Below the pieces are notes generated by a model. The model was not told the origin of the DNA. It saw nothing but the letters and a program-made list of their open reading frames with translations, and did no database searches. A program made the position numbers and the translations under genes. This document shows, piece by piece, positions 11,838-23,329 of a stretch of DNA of 64,000 bases (position 1 is its first letter; the number at the start of each line of letters is the position of its first letter). The stretch comes from Babesia bigemina (Eukaryota), in assembly GCF_000981445.1 (NCBI RefSeq), contig NC_027218.1, positions 2,914,001 to 2,978,000 of the forward strand. Reading direction: 5' to 3'.

Positions 11838-13643
11838 TCATATCGCGCGCTGCGCCTTCTCGTAAAGCGTGTCTATCACTTTCGTCATGTGCCCGATGGT
11901 CTGGTTGACGTCCTCGTAGAACGTCTCGTGCTCCTCCTCGTCGTAAATGACGAGATGCGCCTGCCCCTGGTCGATTGTGCCCCGCAACTTGCCGTCCAGA
12001 ATCATCTCCGCGAGCTTCTTCTCGACCTTCTGCTGCGGCAGGCACAGCTTATTCGCAACGAAGTCTATCTGCACGTTGCTGTACGGCTGCAAAATCCGCG
12101 TGATGTTGCGCTCCAGCAGCGCCTCGTACAGACGGTGGATCTCCTGCTGCAGCACGGGGTCCATGAGGATGACCTGCTTGTACTCCGTCAGCAGCTTCTC
12201 GAACTCCACCAGGGAGCTGTTCTTGTAGCACGCGCTGATGCGCTGTATCATTTTGCACTCCACGTGGTTCACGAATTTCTGCTTGTTCTTCGCCGCGAGT
12301 AGCGGTATCATCTCGTCGTTGCGGCCCGTGATCACGATGGTCAGCAGCAGGTACTTCAGCGCCTGGACCAGCTTGCGCTCGTCGGCACGCGCCAGCACGC
12401 TGACGTCCAGCGGCTCTTCGCCGCTTTCGTAGTGCATCTGCTCCGCATTTTCCGGGCCGTTGGCCGCAAGGTCGAGGTTGAGCATCCCGTAGTACTGCAG
12501 GTAGTGGCTGCTGCACGCATCCACCGCAGGCACGTCACCGACAGCCTTATCCGCCTCCGCGCCCCTCTTGTACTCGGTCAGGTTGTAGAACGAGAAGAAC
12601 ACGGGCGATATGTCGGATATCGCCGCGTGGCAGCTGTACAGCTCGCCCTCGCCCACCATCAGCGACACCGCGGCGCTTGACACCAGCGCTGGACCCGCCG
12701 TGTCGGCGGCGGTGAGCTCACCGAGCACCTTAGCCTTGGCCTTAGACCGCGCGAGGTTGGGGAACAGCACGCTGTGGGTGCCGCCGACGGCCATGTGGAA
12801 GCCCTCGTACGCCTCGAAGAAGTACGAGTACGCCGTGCTGTAGTCCTTCTCGCTGAGGCACACCAGCCCGCTGAGCAGGTCGATCTCCGCGTTGACGTAA
12901 GTCGGCGTGTTGATGTTGGACGCGATGTTCTTGGCGTTGCTGAGTGCGATCTTCATGCGCACGAGGTTGCGCACAAGCAGGCACGCCTTGGCCTGCACCA
13001 GGTGGATGTCCAGCAGCAGCGGCTTGTCCTCCAGCGCCTTTACCTCCTGCTGCAGCCGGTCCAGCGTGCTCAGCGCAGCGGTGTAGTTCCTGCGCAGCAG
13101 CAGCAAAATCGCGATCTTTAGGTCCAGCCGGAGCCCGAGGAACGTCCGCTTCTTGGACTCGCACCAGCCGCGGTAGATGCTGAAGACCTTGTACAGCACG
13201 TCAAGGTCCTTCACCTCCTGCGACAGACGCTCGAGCACGCTCCTCACCAGCTTGGCGGTCTTAGCCTGCGGCAGCACGCAGAAGAACGCCTCATTGCGCA
13301 CGAGGGCGCCCAGCATGGCGTCGGTCTGCTTCGTCTCGATTAAGTGGTACACGATGACGTATAAAACGTTCTCGCATATGCACATGACGCGCTCGTCGGT
13401 CAGCACGCTCAGCGAATGGCTGGCTGCGGCCGTGGCAGCCTGCGCCGCGGCATCATTCAGGCCGCCCGGCGCTCCCAGGATGCACTCGTTCAGCGCGACA
13501 TAGCCCTCGATCAGGTCCGCCGGGTACGTGCAGCATCCTATACGCGCGCCAGGTGCGCATTTGGGAGCGCGTTCGGCGTCGATCGCCTCGCGCCGCGCGT
13601 TCAGCGCCACGAAGCGCGAGGTTATCTCCTCGACGGTCGCCAT
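11838..13643 (-). CDS. RPN6: 26S proteasome lid subunit Rpn6/PSMD11 (PCI domain)
   Basis: Intronless 601-aa ORF with AKTAKLVR, KRTFL, EKDYSTAYSYFFEAYEGF, ALKYLLL, LLERNITRILQPYS and VEKKLAEMILDGKLRGTIDQG. Confidence 0.95.
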   Translation of the reverse strand: MATVEEITSRFVALNARREAIDAERAPKCAPGARIGCCTYPADLIEGYVALNECILGAPGGLNDAAAQAATAAASHSLSVLTDERVMCICENVLYVIVYHLIETKQTDAMLGALVRNEAFFCVLPQAKTAKLVRSVLERLSQEVKDLDVLYKVFSIYRGWCESKKRTFLGLRLDLKIAILLLLRRNYTAALSTLDRLQQEVKALEDKPLLLDIHLVQAKACLLVRNLVRMKIALSNAKNIASNINTPTYVNAEIDLLSGLVCLSEKDYSTAYSYFFEAYEGFHMAVGGTHSVLFPNLARSKAKAKVLGELTAADTAGPALVSSAAVSLMVGEGELYSCHAAISDISPVFFSFYNLTEYKRGAEADKAVGDVPAVDACSSHYLQYYGMLNLDLAANGPENAEQMHYESGEEPLDVSVLARADERKLVQALKYLLLTIVITGRNDEMIPLLAAKNKQKFVNHVECKMIQRISACYKNSSLVEFEKLLTEYKQVILMDPVLQQEIHRLYEALLERNITRILQPYSNVQIDFVANKLCLPQQKVEKKLAEMILDGKLRGTIDQGQAHLVIYDEEEHETFYEDVNQTIGHMTKVIDTLYEKAQRAI

Positions 13644-13997
13644 TCACTGCGTGCGATGCCCGTGGTACACGGGCGGGTTCGGTGTGTACGTTGTGGCCGC
13701 GGATTTTAACGCAGCCAGACACCTAATGCGTCGCGTCGGCACCCCATCGCGATGTGTACGGGCGCCAGATCCGGTAATACGTCAACACGGCTACACAGGC
13801 TGCTGGAAAGCGCGAAGTGTCTATGTTACAACAGGTTTTTAGCAGCTGCCGGCGGAATCCAGCCGTACGTTGTTATATCGCGGCATTAGCCGCAGGTGTT
13901 GTCGACCGCAGGGATCGGCAACATGGGAGTCCATGCTGAGCCACTGCTGCCGCAGACACGGCGACACTTACGCACAAGCATTGACACAACCGCTCCG

Positions 13998-15068
13998 TCA
14001 CTTGTCCTCCTTCGGAGCGACGTCCCAATTCGGCAACTGAGCCACGTCAGCCTCAGCACGCAGTCACCTACCAGGGTGTTGAGCGAGATGTTCTCGGGGA
14101 GGTGCGGCGGCGAGCCGGTGGGGAAGAACCCCAATGTTGCTGCCCTGCAGAACGCTCAGTCGGACGCAAATGTCACTCACTCGCTTGAGCGCAGAGCGGC
14201 CAGGAATCCCCTGCTCTGCTTCGACGGCGGCAGGGTGATCGTCTTCACACCAAGACGCACGCTGTTCGCGTAACGTTGCATCTCCTTGATGTCCTGGCAG
14301 ACAATATCGGTTTTAGTGCCGTGTTTCGAACCTGGAGGAAGGACGATTTCCCAACGTGTCGAGAGAGGTACTGCTGGCAGGCCAGCTGGGCGTCCTCCTC
14401 ACTGACGGTCACGCTCAGTTTGGGCAGCTTGGCTGCGATGGTGGAATTCTGCAGCAGGCGCTGCTTTTCCTGCGATATGCGGTTCTCGCTCTGCTGCTGG
14501 GCGTCGTCGAGCAGTGAAAGCGACTCCCCTGCGCAGTGTATAGACATTCGTGTTACGAAGCATTGTTTATTAAACCAACACAATCTGTGTACATTGTGCA
14601 AAGGTGCTGCACGACGACATGGAGGCGAGGTTGCCGGCCGGAATGGGCAAACCGGTCAAAACCGGTGGCACAGACACATGACGATGTAAAAAGCGCCGGT
14701 AACTTAAAAACATATCCCAGCGCTCCTAGTGCGAAAATCCGCGCCAATACGTATCACATGCACAATTAAAATATCTGGGTGCAAGGGGGAGCCTTTTCGA
14801 ACAAGGCCCCTAGCAGCCTCCAGACGGAATGCACGGATGTCCAGGGTTGCTATAACATCAACAAATTCAAAACAACACGCTCTGGCATCTGGATCAACTT
14901 ACGCTGCAATATGTCAACCAGCAAATGGGTCGTGCGATTGTCATAGTGCGATACTCCCATCTCTTGCAGCATGTCCTCCACCAGATGGGACAAGTATGAG
15001 CCGTCAGGGCGGACCAACTCCGACGGCTCCGGAGCTTTCTCGACCTCCAACGACTTCGATGACGACAT
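13998..15068 (-). CDS. TAF9: TFIID subunit TAF9 (TFIID-31kDa histone fold), 4-5 exons
   Basis: LVEDMLQEMGVSHYDNRTTHLLVDILQR/ESLSLLDDA...VSEEDAQLA and a C-terminal HLPENISLNTLLPNW match TAF9. First intron 14529-14902. Confidence 0.8.
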
Positions 15069-15754
15069 TGCTGCAGCTATACGGGCTACAGAGCGCGGGA
15101 GGCACGGCAGACAACGCCGGGTGGACGTGACACAGTGACCAGAAGTCCACAGTGTTTCGGGCTCAACACGAGCCCCGTCCTCTCCAGCGAACACGCCACA
15201 AAACCGGCTGGGAAAGGCGACCCAGGAATCACACAAGTCTCGTCTTACGAACGCTCGGTAGCGGTCAACGTCGGCAGGGCCCACGACAACGGTAACGCTG
15301 GTTGCCGGTCTCGGACAGGGGCATTGCCGGGAGCATCCGTCACTTCTCGCAGCGGACGCTGACAATTTATCGTTCGTAATTGAGACGAATTTTGTGAATC
15401 CTGATACTTGGTGAATTTTTGGCGCCTGCCGCAGACGTGCCACACCCCGCGGGAGGCACAACAGAAAGCGTACGGACGAGTTTCACATTCGATTTTCTGT
15501 TTGGTGTTGTCAATTTAAAGGGTATAGAAAGAATCCGAAACGTCAACAACTGATGTTTTCGGTGTGTGTTCGCTGCACCGCAATCGTCGGTGGCCTGCAC
15601 ATAGGTTCAGCGTAACTAGGCTTTTCGGACACGCGATTCGCTGGCGTGCCGGTGTGGCCGCCTGTACTAGGTGTGACTAGTGCAAATCGCATGCTGCTGC
15701 CGGCTCTAGCCCGGCCGATTTCCTGAACGGGGACTCCAACAACAACGTTGTCAA

Positions 15755-16534
15755 ATGGACGCCAACGGCCCGGAGGTCTGGTACGCGTCGTTGCCGCGCA
15801 TCACGCGCATGATAATCACGCTATCGTTCGCGCTGACGCTGATTACGACGTTCAACATAGTCTCGCCGCACTCCCTGCTGCTCGACTGGCAAATCATCCG
15901 CTTCAAGTATGAAGTGCACCGGATTCTCTTGGGATGCTTGTACGCGGGACCATTCTCGCTGCGGTGGGTCTTTCACACGTACATGTTCTCCCAGTTTTCG
16001 TCAATGCTCGAGCGCAATCCAGTGTTTGCCTCTTCGGTTGGCGCATACCTCTACTTCGTGGTGATCCAGATCCTGCTGGTCTCGCTGTTCAGCCTGCTGA
16101 TATACTGGCCGACCGGATACCCCATGCTCTGTGAGGCACTTTTGTTCGCGATCGTGTACTACTGGTCGAAGCGCGACATGTGGAACTCCGTCTCCATATA
16201 CATCTTCACGGTAAAGGCCTACCAGCTGCCATTCGCGATGCTCTTCTTCAACTTCATCATGGGCGCACCGATGGTCGTAAACATAATCGGGCTCATCTCC
16301 GGACACACCTACTACCTGATGCGCGAGGTGCTGCCCTCAAAGGGGTTCCCCAACCTTCTTTCTGTCTGCCCGCGTTGCTTCGACTACATGGCCAAGAAGA
16401 TGGAGAACCTACTCGACTTCCGCAGGGTCGACACCTACAGCGGCCCCGGCTCATACGCGTACACTCCGGCTGCACGCCAGCAGCAGCCGCACGTCGGGTT
16501 CATCGGTCGTGGCGTCCGGCTCGGGTCCTCATAA
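15755..16534 (+). CDS. DER1: Derlin (Der1 family ERAD membrane protein)
   Basis: WYASLPRITR, several TM segments, YYWSKR, VKAYQLPF, IIGLISGHTYY and a C-terminal SHP-like box FIGRGVRLG. Confidence 0.93.
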   Translation: MDANGPEVWYASLPRITRMIITLSFALTLITTFNIVSPHSLLLDWQIIRFKYEVHRILLGCLYAGPFSLRWVFHTYMFSQFSSMLERNPVFASSVGAYLYFVVIQILLVSLFSLLIYWPTGYPMLCEALLFAIVYYWSKRDMWNSVSIYIFTVKAYQLPFAMLFFNFIMGAPMVVNIIGLISGHTYYLMREVLPSKGFPNLLSVCPRCFDYMAKKMENLLDFRRVDTYSGPGSYAYTPAARQQQPHVGFIGRGVRLGSS

Positions 16535-16637
16535 AATGCAGTTGGCGGACGACTCAAACCAGTCTGCTTATATGCCCGTTCTGTAAGATTAGCTGGCAGT
16601 TTAGTGGCGCTTTTGCGACACTTGTGGGAATGGCGCG

Positions 16638-18404
16638 TCACACCAGTTTGTACAGAGCCTGCGTGAGTCCCAGCGCAAGCTCGAAGGTGATGACCAGGAT
16701 TATGATCTTCTCCAACCGAGAGGAGTGTTTGTGCCTCACGAATTCAGAGTGCGATTGTAGGGACTCCAGCTGCCACGAAATGCGATGGTTGAGCTTTTCG
16801 AGCCTGGGAGGCATGTCGAACACCGCCTGAGTTGCGCGGAACAGCGCCCTCAGGTGGTCCTCCTCCCACAGCGAGTCCGGGATTTCAAGGAGGTCGTGCT
16901 CTAGATTAAGCCAGTACCTGGTGTGGTGCGCGAAGGTTTGGTATTCAAAAAGGCGTTCCGCCAGCTTGTCCAGGTTCCGCCTGGACATGCTTTGGCGCAA
17001 TCGGTCGAGCTCGGCGTTGCTGACGACGATCTTCTGGCGGATAGTTAGCTCGACGTTGTTCAGCTTAACCGCGGACATCATGGCTAGAGACACTGCTATC
17101 TGAATGTATATAGCGTGTTACGTAGTTTGCGAATTCCTACCTTCTCTGCGATGGTGTGATCCTTGCCCAGGTGAAGGACACCCTTGACCATGCAACTGCG
17201 ATCTGCGTCGACCACATCGATGGTTTCGCTGAATTCTGCGATCATGCTCTTCGGGAGTTTAAGCGGGCTGTAAACGTGGGTGTTGCAATTATTGTGCGCG
17301 GAACCCACATCGTGGCATGTCGTTCCATGACCTTCCGGTAGCCAGCGAAGGCAGCCGTTGCCGCGTCCCAGAGTACGATAGAACCGTTCTGCAGGTGCAT
17401 TATTGGGGTCCCATCAGATGTCTCACTTGTGGCAGCCACCAGGCGGCCAGTGTTCCACATTGCGGTGGCCAGTTTACACGGTTCTAGAGTGTACGCAAAA
17501 TCGGAGCATTCGCATTAACCAAACCCAAACCAAAAGTAGGTATTGCACCGTCAGTGTTCGAATTCGCGCAATGTACGTAACTCACCTTGTGGATGAATAC
17601 CAGGCCCTCATTGTGGCCGAGCTCAGCGCATCCCTCCACTAGCGTGACTCCGTCTGCGAGCAATGGGTTCCACCAATATTATTTCCACTACACCGTGGAC
17701 GCGCATGATTAACGTCCATCCATCGGGTGCGCTAGAGAATCAGTGCGCAAGACATGGAGTGGCCATCCGCGATACAGGCCACATCAATTTAAACATTAAA
17801 ACGGCTATACTATCAGAGAACAGTTATACATTGCATTATAGGATGCAATTCACGTGCATGACACAACTAAAATGACGTTATAGCCATGGTTTTATATATT
17901 AATTTTGCATTGCATTCACATCCATTTACACCGGTAGTTACGTGGCGCCCGTAGGTGTTAAACGCAAGCAACTCCACTTACCACGCATTGACATCTTCGC
18001 TCCCATGGACTTCAACTCATTCTTGACCGCATCTATGTGCAGCGAATCAGCTACCAGGTGCGCCTGTACCTCGCCTGATTTAGGCTGGCCAGGCGGGATC
18101 GCCTTTACTCGTTGGAATCCCTTGTCTACTGCCACTTGATCCGCCATAGAGCGCGATGCCACCGCAGAAGACGCCCATCGCTGCCAGTAGAAGCAGGGTG
18201 GAGTGCTCGTACACCTCGTCTGTGTCACTGCTGGTACATGAGCTCTCTGTATTTGTGTAGACACTTACACACTCTGCTGTAACGACACACGCCATCCTTC
18301 CACAAACTGGTGACATAAGCGCAATGCTGGGCTCTAAATACCGATGTGCGCCGCTGGAAGACGTTGACAGCGGAAGCTAAAGCATGAAAAGGGGCCAGCG
18401 ACAT
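16638..18404 (-). CDS. RMND1: RMND1/Sif2 (DUF155) family protein, probably mitochondrial, multi-exon
   Basis: C-terminal exon LNLEHDLLEIPDSLWEEDHL...RLEKLNHR...HKHSSRLEKIIILVITFE is the DUF155 signature. An internal exon has NGSIVLWD. The start codon (18404) is uncertain. Confidence 0.75.
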
Positions 18405-19391
18405 CGTGTATTGTGACCTCAATACGGATGATGGAGCGTAACCTGGTGGAAATATGTAAGATTCCACTAGATTCCGCCGCAATTGTGATAATTCAGCCGA
18501 TTTAAAGCGGCCTGCCACGCGGTGGTTGGCAGAAAACAAGGGCAACACCACGGTCTGACGAGTAGAGATCTGGAGGGTAACCAACAAACATTAACTACAG
18601 ATGGTTTTGTATAATATGCAATATTATTGACCATGTTATTGGAGTTCCACAACGCAGCGGTAAATTCGGGCCGAAAGCAGCCGTCATCCACCTGCCTACG
18701 CTGTGGAGGCCACTTGTACCGCAGGTTGGTACACTGAAGGCGATAATGGCGCTCCCTAAGGTATACGGCAGTCTGCACAGATCGTAAACTTCTACTTTCC
18801 GTGTCGCGCGGTAGCTTGGAGCCGTGCCTGCCTCGTGGTTTGCAGGCCTCCCTCTGATTGACGCATCCGGTCACTGATGAGCGCCGCCGCCCGTTTGGCG
18901 CACGCACCTCGGATATTGTGCGGTGACGCGCAGAGAACGGGCGGATTTGCATCGTGACGCCGTGAGAGCGCGTAATATCACGGACGGGTCTCGATATGTC
19001 CTCTGCAGACGTATACCGGTTGGTGTCAGGGGCCAGTTTCTAGTGTGCGATATTCACTTTCGTAGTTGATCATTGTGGTCCACAGGAATCTTAAACTAGC
19101 CAAGTAAGGTTGCGCTTGAGTCCCTCTCCATAGCGCATCCCGAGCAACCGTCACTCGACACAGACCAACTACCTTACGTCGTAATCGTTCATGTTGTTTA
19201 TGAATTTAAAGGGCGCCTCTGAGCATACAGATGGCAATCCCCACACACATGTATCTGCAGAACGCCGCCTTTCTGAGCAACCAAATGAGTTTTGGACGGA
19301 CAACACGTTAATATCCTCTGCGGCGGTTTGGAAAATATTGTGCAGGAGGGTACCCTACAAAACCCGGAATATGGCTTCGTTTGGATTAATA

Positions 19392-20953
19392 TCAATACGG
19401 TCTTGGTCGGTAGGAGCGTGCAATGTTGTTCTGGCTGTATGGCTGGTTTCCGAAGTTGGTTGGACGATGAGGCAGGTAGCGGGACGGGTCCCTGCCGCCA
19501 GGGGCACCACCCTGTTGTGCATAGTACGCGTACTGCGTTTGCATGGCATACTGCTGGTATATCATGTGTTGCTGGAGCATCTGTGGGTCGTAACCGACAA
19601 CCGGAGCTGCTGACGGAGGGGGCATTATCGGCGGTTGCATGTGATGCGAACGTGGGTAAGGCATTCCCTTTATGTTATCATGTCCGTTCACTTTCATGCC
19701 TTGCGCCAGGGTTTTGAAGTAAGCATCGGGGCGGTTCGAAGATTGTCTGCTGCGAGTCTCAGCAGCGCGAACATCGACCTTAGAGCCGTACACGAAGTGG
19801 CTCGGTGACTCCAGCACCTTTTCGGCAGCGCCGTCCACCGCGAAGACAACGAACCCGAAGCCGCGCGAGCTACCGTCGATTTGACGCATTATTATCACCT
19901 TTTCAATCGTCCCGAATCTGCCGAAATAGTCCTCAAGCATCTGCTCACTGAGTGCCTTAGAGATCCCACCGACGAATATCTTGCGTTTGATGGTGGAGCC
20001 GGGGTCCTGTTGCATGTGGCGCACATCCACCCTTTTACCGTTGAGTATGTGATCGTCCGTGAACACCTTCTCCGTGTTATCCTGGGTGACGACGGTGATG
20101 AAACCGAAGCCCCTGCTGCGCCCTGTGGAGAAGTCGCGCATGATCTGCACCGAAACGATCCGTCCATACTTCGAGAAGTGACCCTTTATGACCTCTGCAG
20201 CAGCATGTCAGTGAAGCCGTGACAAATATTGTATAAGCAGCGCCATATAAAACCGAAATGAGGGATAACATCGGCCAAAATAAAAAGCATAGTGGTAGTT
20301 GCACGGCAGCACGGAAACTACATGAAACGCAAATCCACATTTATTCCGTATACGATACATATCTTTAGATATACTCAAATTAACCCATAGTTAAAGTTAA
20401 CAAACGTATTTCACACCAAAAGGGCTCCATAATGTATATGAAGAGACCGCATAGCAAGACAGAGCAACACACTGCTACACAAAACGCATCGAGTCGACCG
20501 AAACGATCAGACCGGCGCATTTGTGCGCTCATATCAGACAGCTACACGGCGTTTTGCGAAGCGCGTAGCAAGACGCGTAGTCATCACGTAACGTACCTTC
20601 ATCAACAGATGGGTGCAAGCCTCCGACGAAGAACTTCACCTGGTCATCCGCAGGTGTGGAATCTGTCACTAGTTTAGTAACGTCATAGCCGCGGGTAGCA
20701 GCCAAACAGCGGCTTTAAACTTACGTTTGTTCGACGCGCGCTGGTCCTCCTCCTGTGGCTCTGGCTGCTCGCTTTCGTTGCTTTCTTGCTGTGCTGGCTC
20801 TTCAACCGGCGTCTCTGATGCCTCGTTGGACGGCTCATCGGTTGACGACGTCTCCGGGGCCGGCTCCTCGGTCGCGGCTACCCCTTCGCAGGAGGCCGGC
20901 GCCACCGGCGCTTCGCACACCGGTTCAGCCGCGACTACCTCTTGATCCGCCAT
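19392..20953 (-). CDS. Two-RRM RNA-binding protein (hnRNP A/Hrp1/Musashi type) with acidic N-terminus and Q/Y/P-rich tail
   Basis: RNP2 motifs KFFVGGL and KIFVGGI, RNP1 motif SRGFGF twice. Three exons, with intron 2 at 20195-20596. Confidence 0.9.
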
Positions 20954-21210
20954 GACTTGTGGCTGTTAAAATACAAGTATTTTGCCCAGCGTTCCAGTCA
21001 GGAAGCACTGCCAATGCGGGAGATAGGCCGCGACCGAAGGGCACCCCCTACGGCCGTCCACCAACCTGCCGCGGTGAATTTCGCAGAATATCGTTTTTTA
21101 ATGACTAAAGGATGAGAGTGAACTTCGGTAACACATGATTAACGTATAAAGCCAACAGGAAGGGGCGGAAAATGGTCGCCGCCGGTCAGTGCGGCATCTG
21201 ACATATCTGG

Positions 21211-23079
21211 TCAAGCCATTGGTGCGTCGTCGGCGCCAGCGGGCGCCTCTTCGGCGTCCACGCTTACGCATTGCGCCTTGTACAGTAGCAGTACTGCGAT
21301 GTGGTAGTCACTCCTGCCTCCGCAGAGGTCGAAGTTGCCCCAACGGTATTCGGTCACGCGATCATCGTCGAACATCAGCCAGCCGTCGTCGACTGCCACA
21401 TCTGAGTCGGAGTCCTCGGTTGGAGCCGCTGCGAACAATGCTGTGTACTTTGGCGCGTAACCAACCTTCGTTGTTGTCCTTGGTCCAGCAGACGTAGTGG
21501 CCCCCGTCAGCCGTGCGCCCCTGGTGCGTGACCACCGACTGCAACGTGTATCTGCCCGTGGCGTACATCCCCGGGTACATTTCGTAGCCCTTGAAAGGCG
21601 CAGTACGGTTGGTCTTGCCCATGTTGAAGTCCAACTGCATCGCCACGGCGTTAGCTTCATGCAGCAATTGCTGTAGTTCCTGCGGCGAGGTTAAATTAGT
21701 CGTTTGGACTTAGATGTGGGTGTTGCCACATTACTGCATGAAATGCTTGGCAATTGCCGCCGTTGTACGCATGAAAACGATTTTTACATTGGGCTGTAAG
21801 GGCCTCGTTTGGGGTTGGCCCTAGCAGCGGCGCCACGCTCATTGAGTCATCCGTCATGGTGACGACATTGTTACACGAGTGCGGTTTTGAGCGCGTTTTT
21901 CAACACGAAGTCCACTTGACGAATAAACAGTCATCGGCAATCTAGATAACACTATTCAAACTAACCTCGGTGCAAATGGACGTGATGTCTAACTCGCGTT
22001 CGAAGTTCACGCGGCGGCACACCTTGGCCTTCACCGCATCCGTCTTGGACACCTTGCTCTCCTGTTTCCACTCGAAACGCACGAGGTGCACAATGAGGTA
22101 CTTCGGCAGGGTGGAGATGCGAGCCACCTTCTCGTGGGGCACGTCGGTGCCCAGCTGCTCGCTGAACTTGACGATGTCCTCATTCAGCGAGATCATTATC
22201 CCGTCCATCAGCGTACCCACGGACTTCAGTTGCGTGCCCATGTAGCAGTTCAGCTTGAAGTTGGACTCGTTCGTCACTGAGCTGCCCTCCGTAGCCGCAG
22301 GGTCCGACCGTTCCTTTGGCTGGATGGTCGTCGACAAAGTGTACCCAAACAGCTCGTCGGTTAGTTTGTTGTCTGACAGGCCGTTGATGCAGCTAAGCAG
22401 GCAGCTGAGGCACTCCTCGGCGTCCTGCTGCATATAGACGCCGGTCTTCTCGTCGGTCCGGTTGAAGATCGGGTTGACCCTTCTCAGCAGTTGCATCTGC
22501 TGCAGCGGCACGTATCGCGTTAGCGTTGACGGCAGGTTGCGACGCATGTCCAGCAGCGATTTGGTCAGCTGGTACCGGTCGGACTTGGTGTCGATGGCGT
22601 CCTTGGCCTCCAGAAGCTCGATGCCCTCCCAGAGCTCAGTCACGGGTTGCAGGAACTGGAACACAGCGTTGAAGTAGCACGTGTTGCCCAGGTTCATGAT
22701 ACCCTGCGCGCCATGATTGCCGTCTAGAACCACCTACGCAAGGGATCCTTTTCATCTTGGCGGAGCTGAGCATCGCAGACTTCTCCTGCGGCGTCATGGT
22801 CTCCAAAAAACGCACGGGCTCCGTGCGCTCCACCAGCTTATCCGGGGATCCGATCAGCATCAGGGTAGTCCCATTGGTCAGCCCCTTCTCCCTCAGGTTC
22901 GTGCTTTCCGTGATGAGACCCTTGTACATCACCTTCTGCCGATCAGGCGGCACGCCAGTGAGCGAGTACAGCTGCGCCTTCAGCACCTCTACATTATCGT
23001 CAAGGCTAATTTCGAGGTCGTTGAAGCGCTTGCCCATCCATTTGACGGTCACGCGGATGAAGTTACCGGCATCCTCCAT
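21211..23079 (-). CDS. USP14: Ubiquitin C-terminal hydrolase USP14/Ubp6 (N-terminal UBL domain plus C19 peptidase)
   Basis: UBL domain (VTVKW...LYSLTGVPPDRQKVM), Cys box GIMNLGNTCYFNA, QQDAEEC, His box VVTHQGRTADGGHYVCW, and WLMFDDD. Confidence 0.95.
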
Positions 23080-23329
23080 CGCGGCGCGAGGCAGAACACA
23101 GACCAGTCCACTGCGCGGTGGAAATCGCCTCGAGGCAGCTTGCAAGCGGGCGCCCTGGCCGATGTGTGCGAAGGCGCTTACGTGGGAGGTGGCAACAAGT
23201 CGCAAGTGGTGGCGCAGTACCCAATCGGCCGCCGGAGGTATTCGCCGGGGGGTTCATATGGGTGCTGACGCGAACACATTAAGTAGCGTGCTCTCGCTGG
23301 TGTAGAGTATCGCTAATTATGTTATTAAA

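Noticed and set aside
11814..13842. Many long overlapping or antisense ORFs over RPN6 and other core genes
   Set aside because: Shadow frames caused by high GC3 codon bias, with no recognisable motifs.
15414..15422. Sm-site-like AATTTTTGG between TAF9 and Derlin
   Set aside because: No U1/U2/U4/U5 conserved elements nearby, so more likely ordinary promoter sequence.
21680..21965. Long introns in USP14 (and in RAD16, ~28838-29101) as ncRNA hosts
   Set aside because: No convincing C/D or H/ACA box arrangement was seen.
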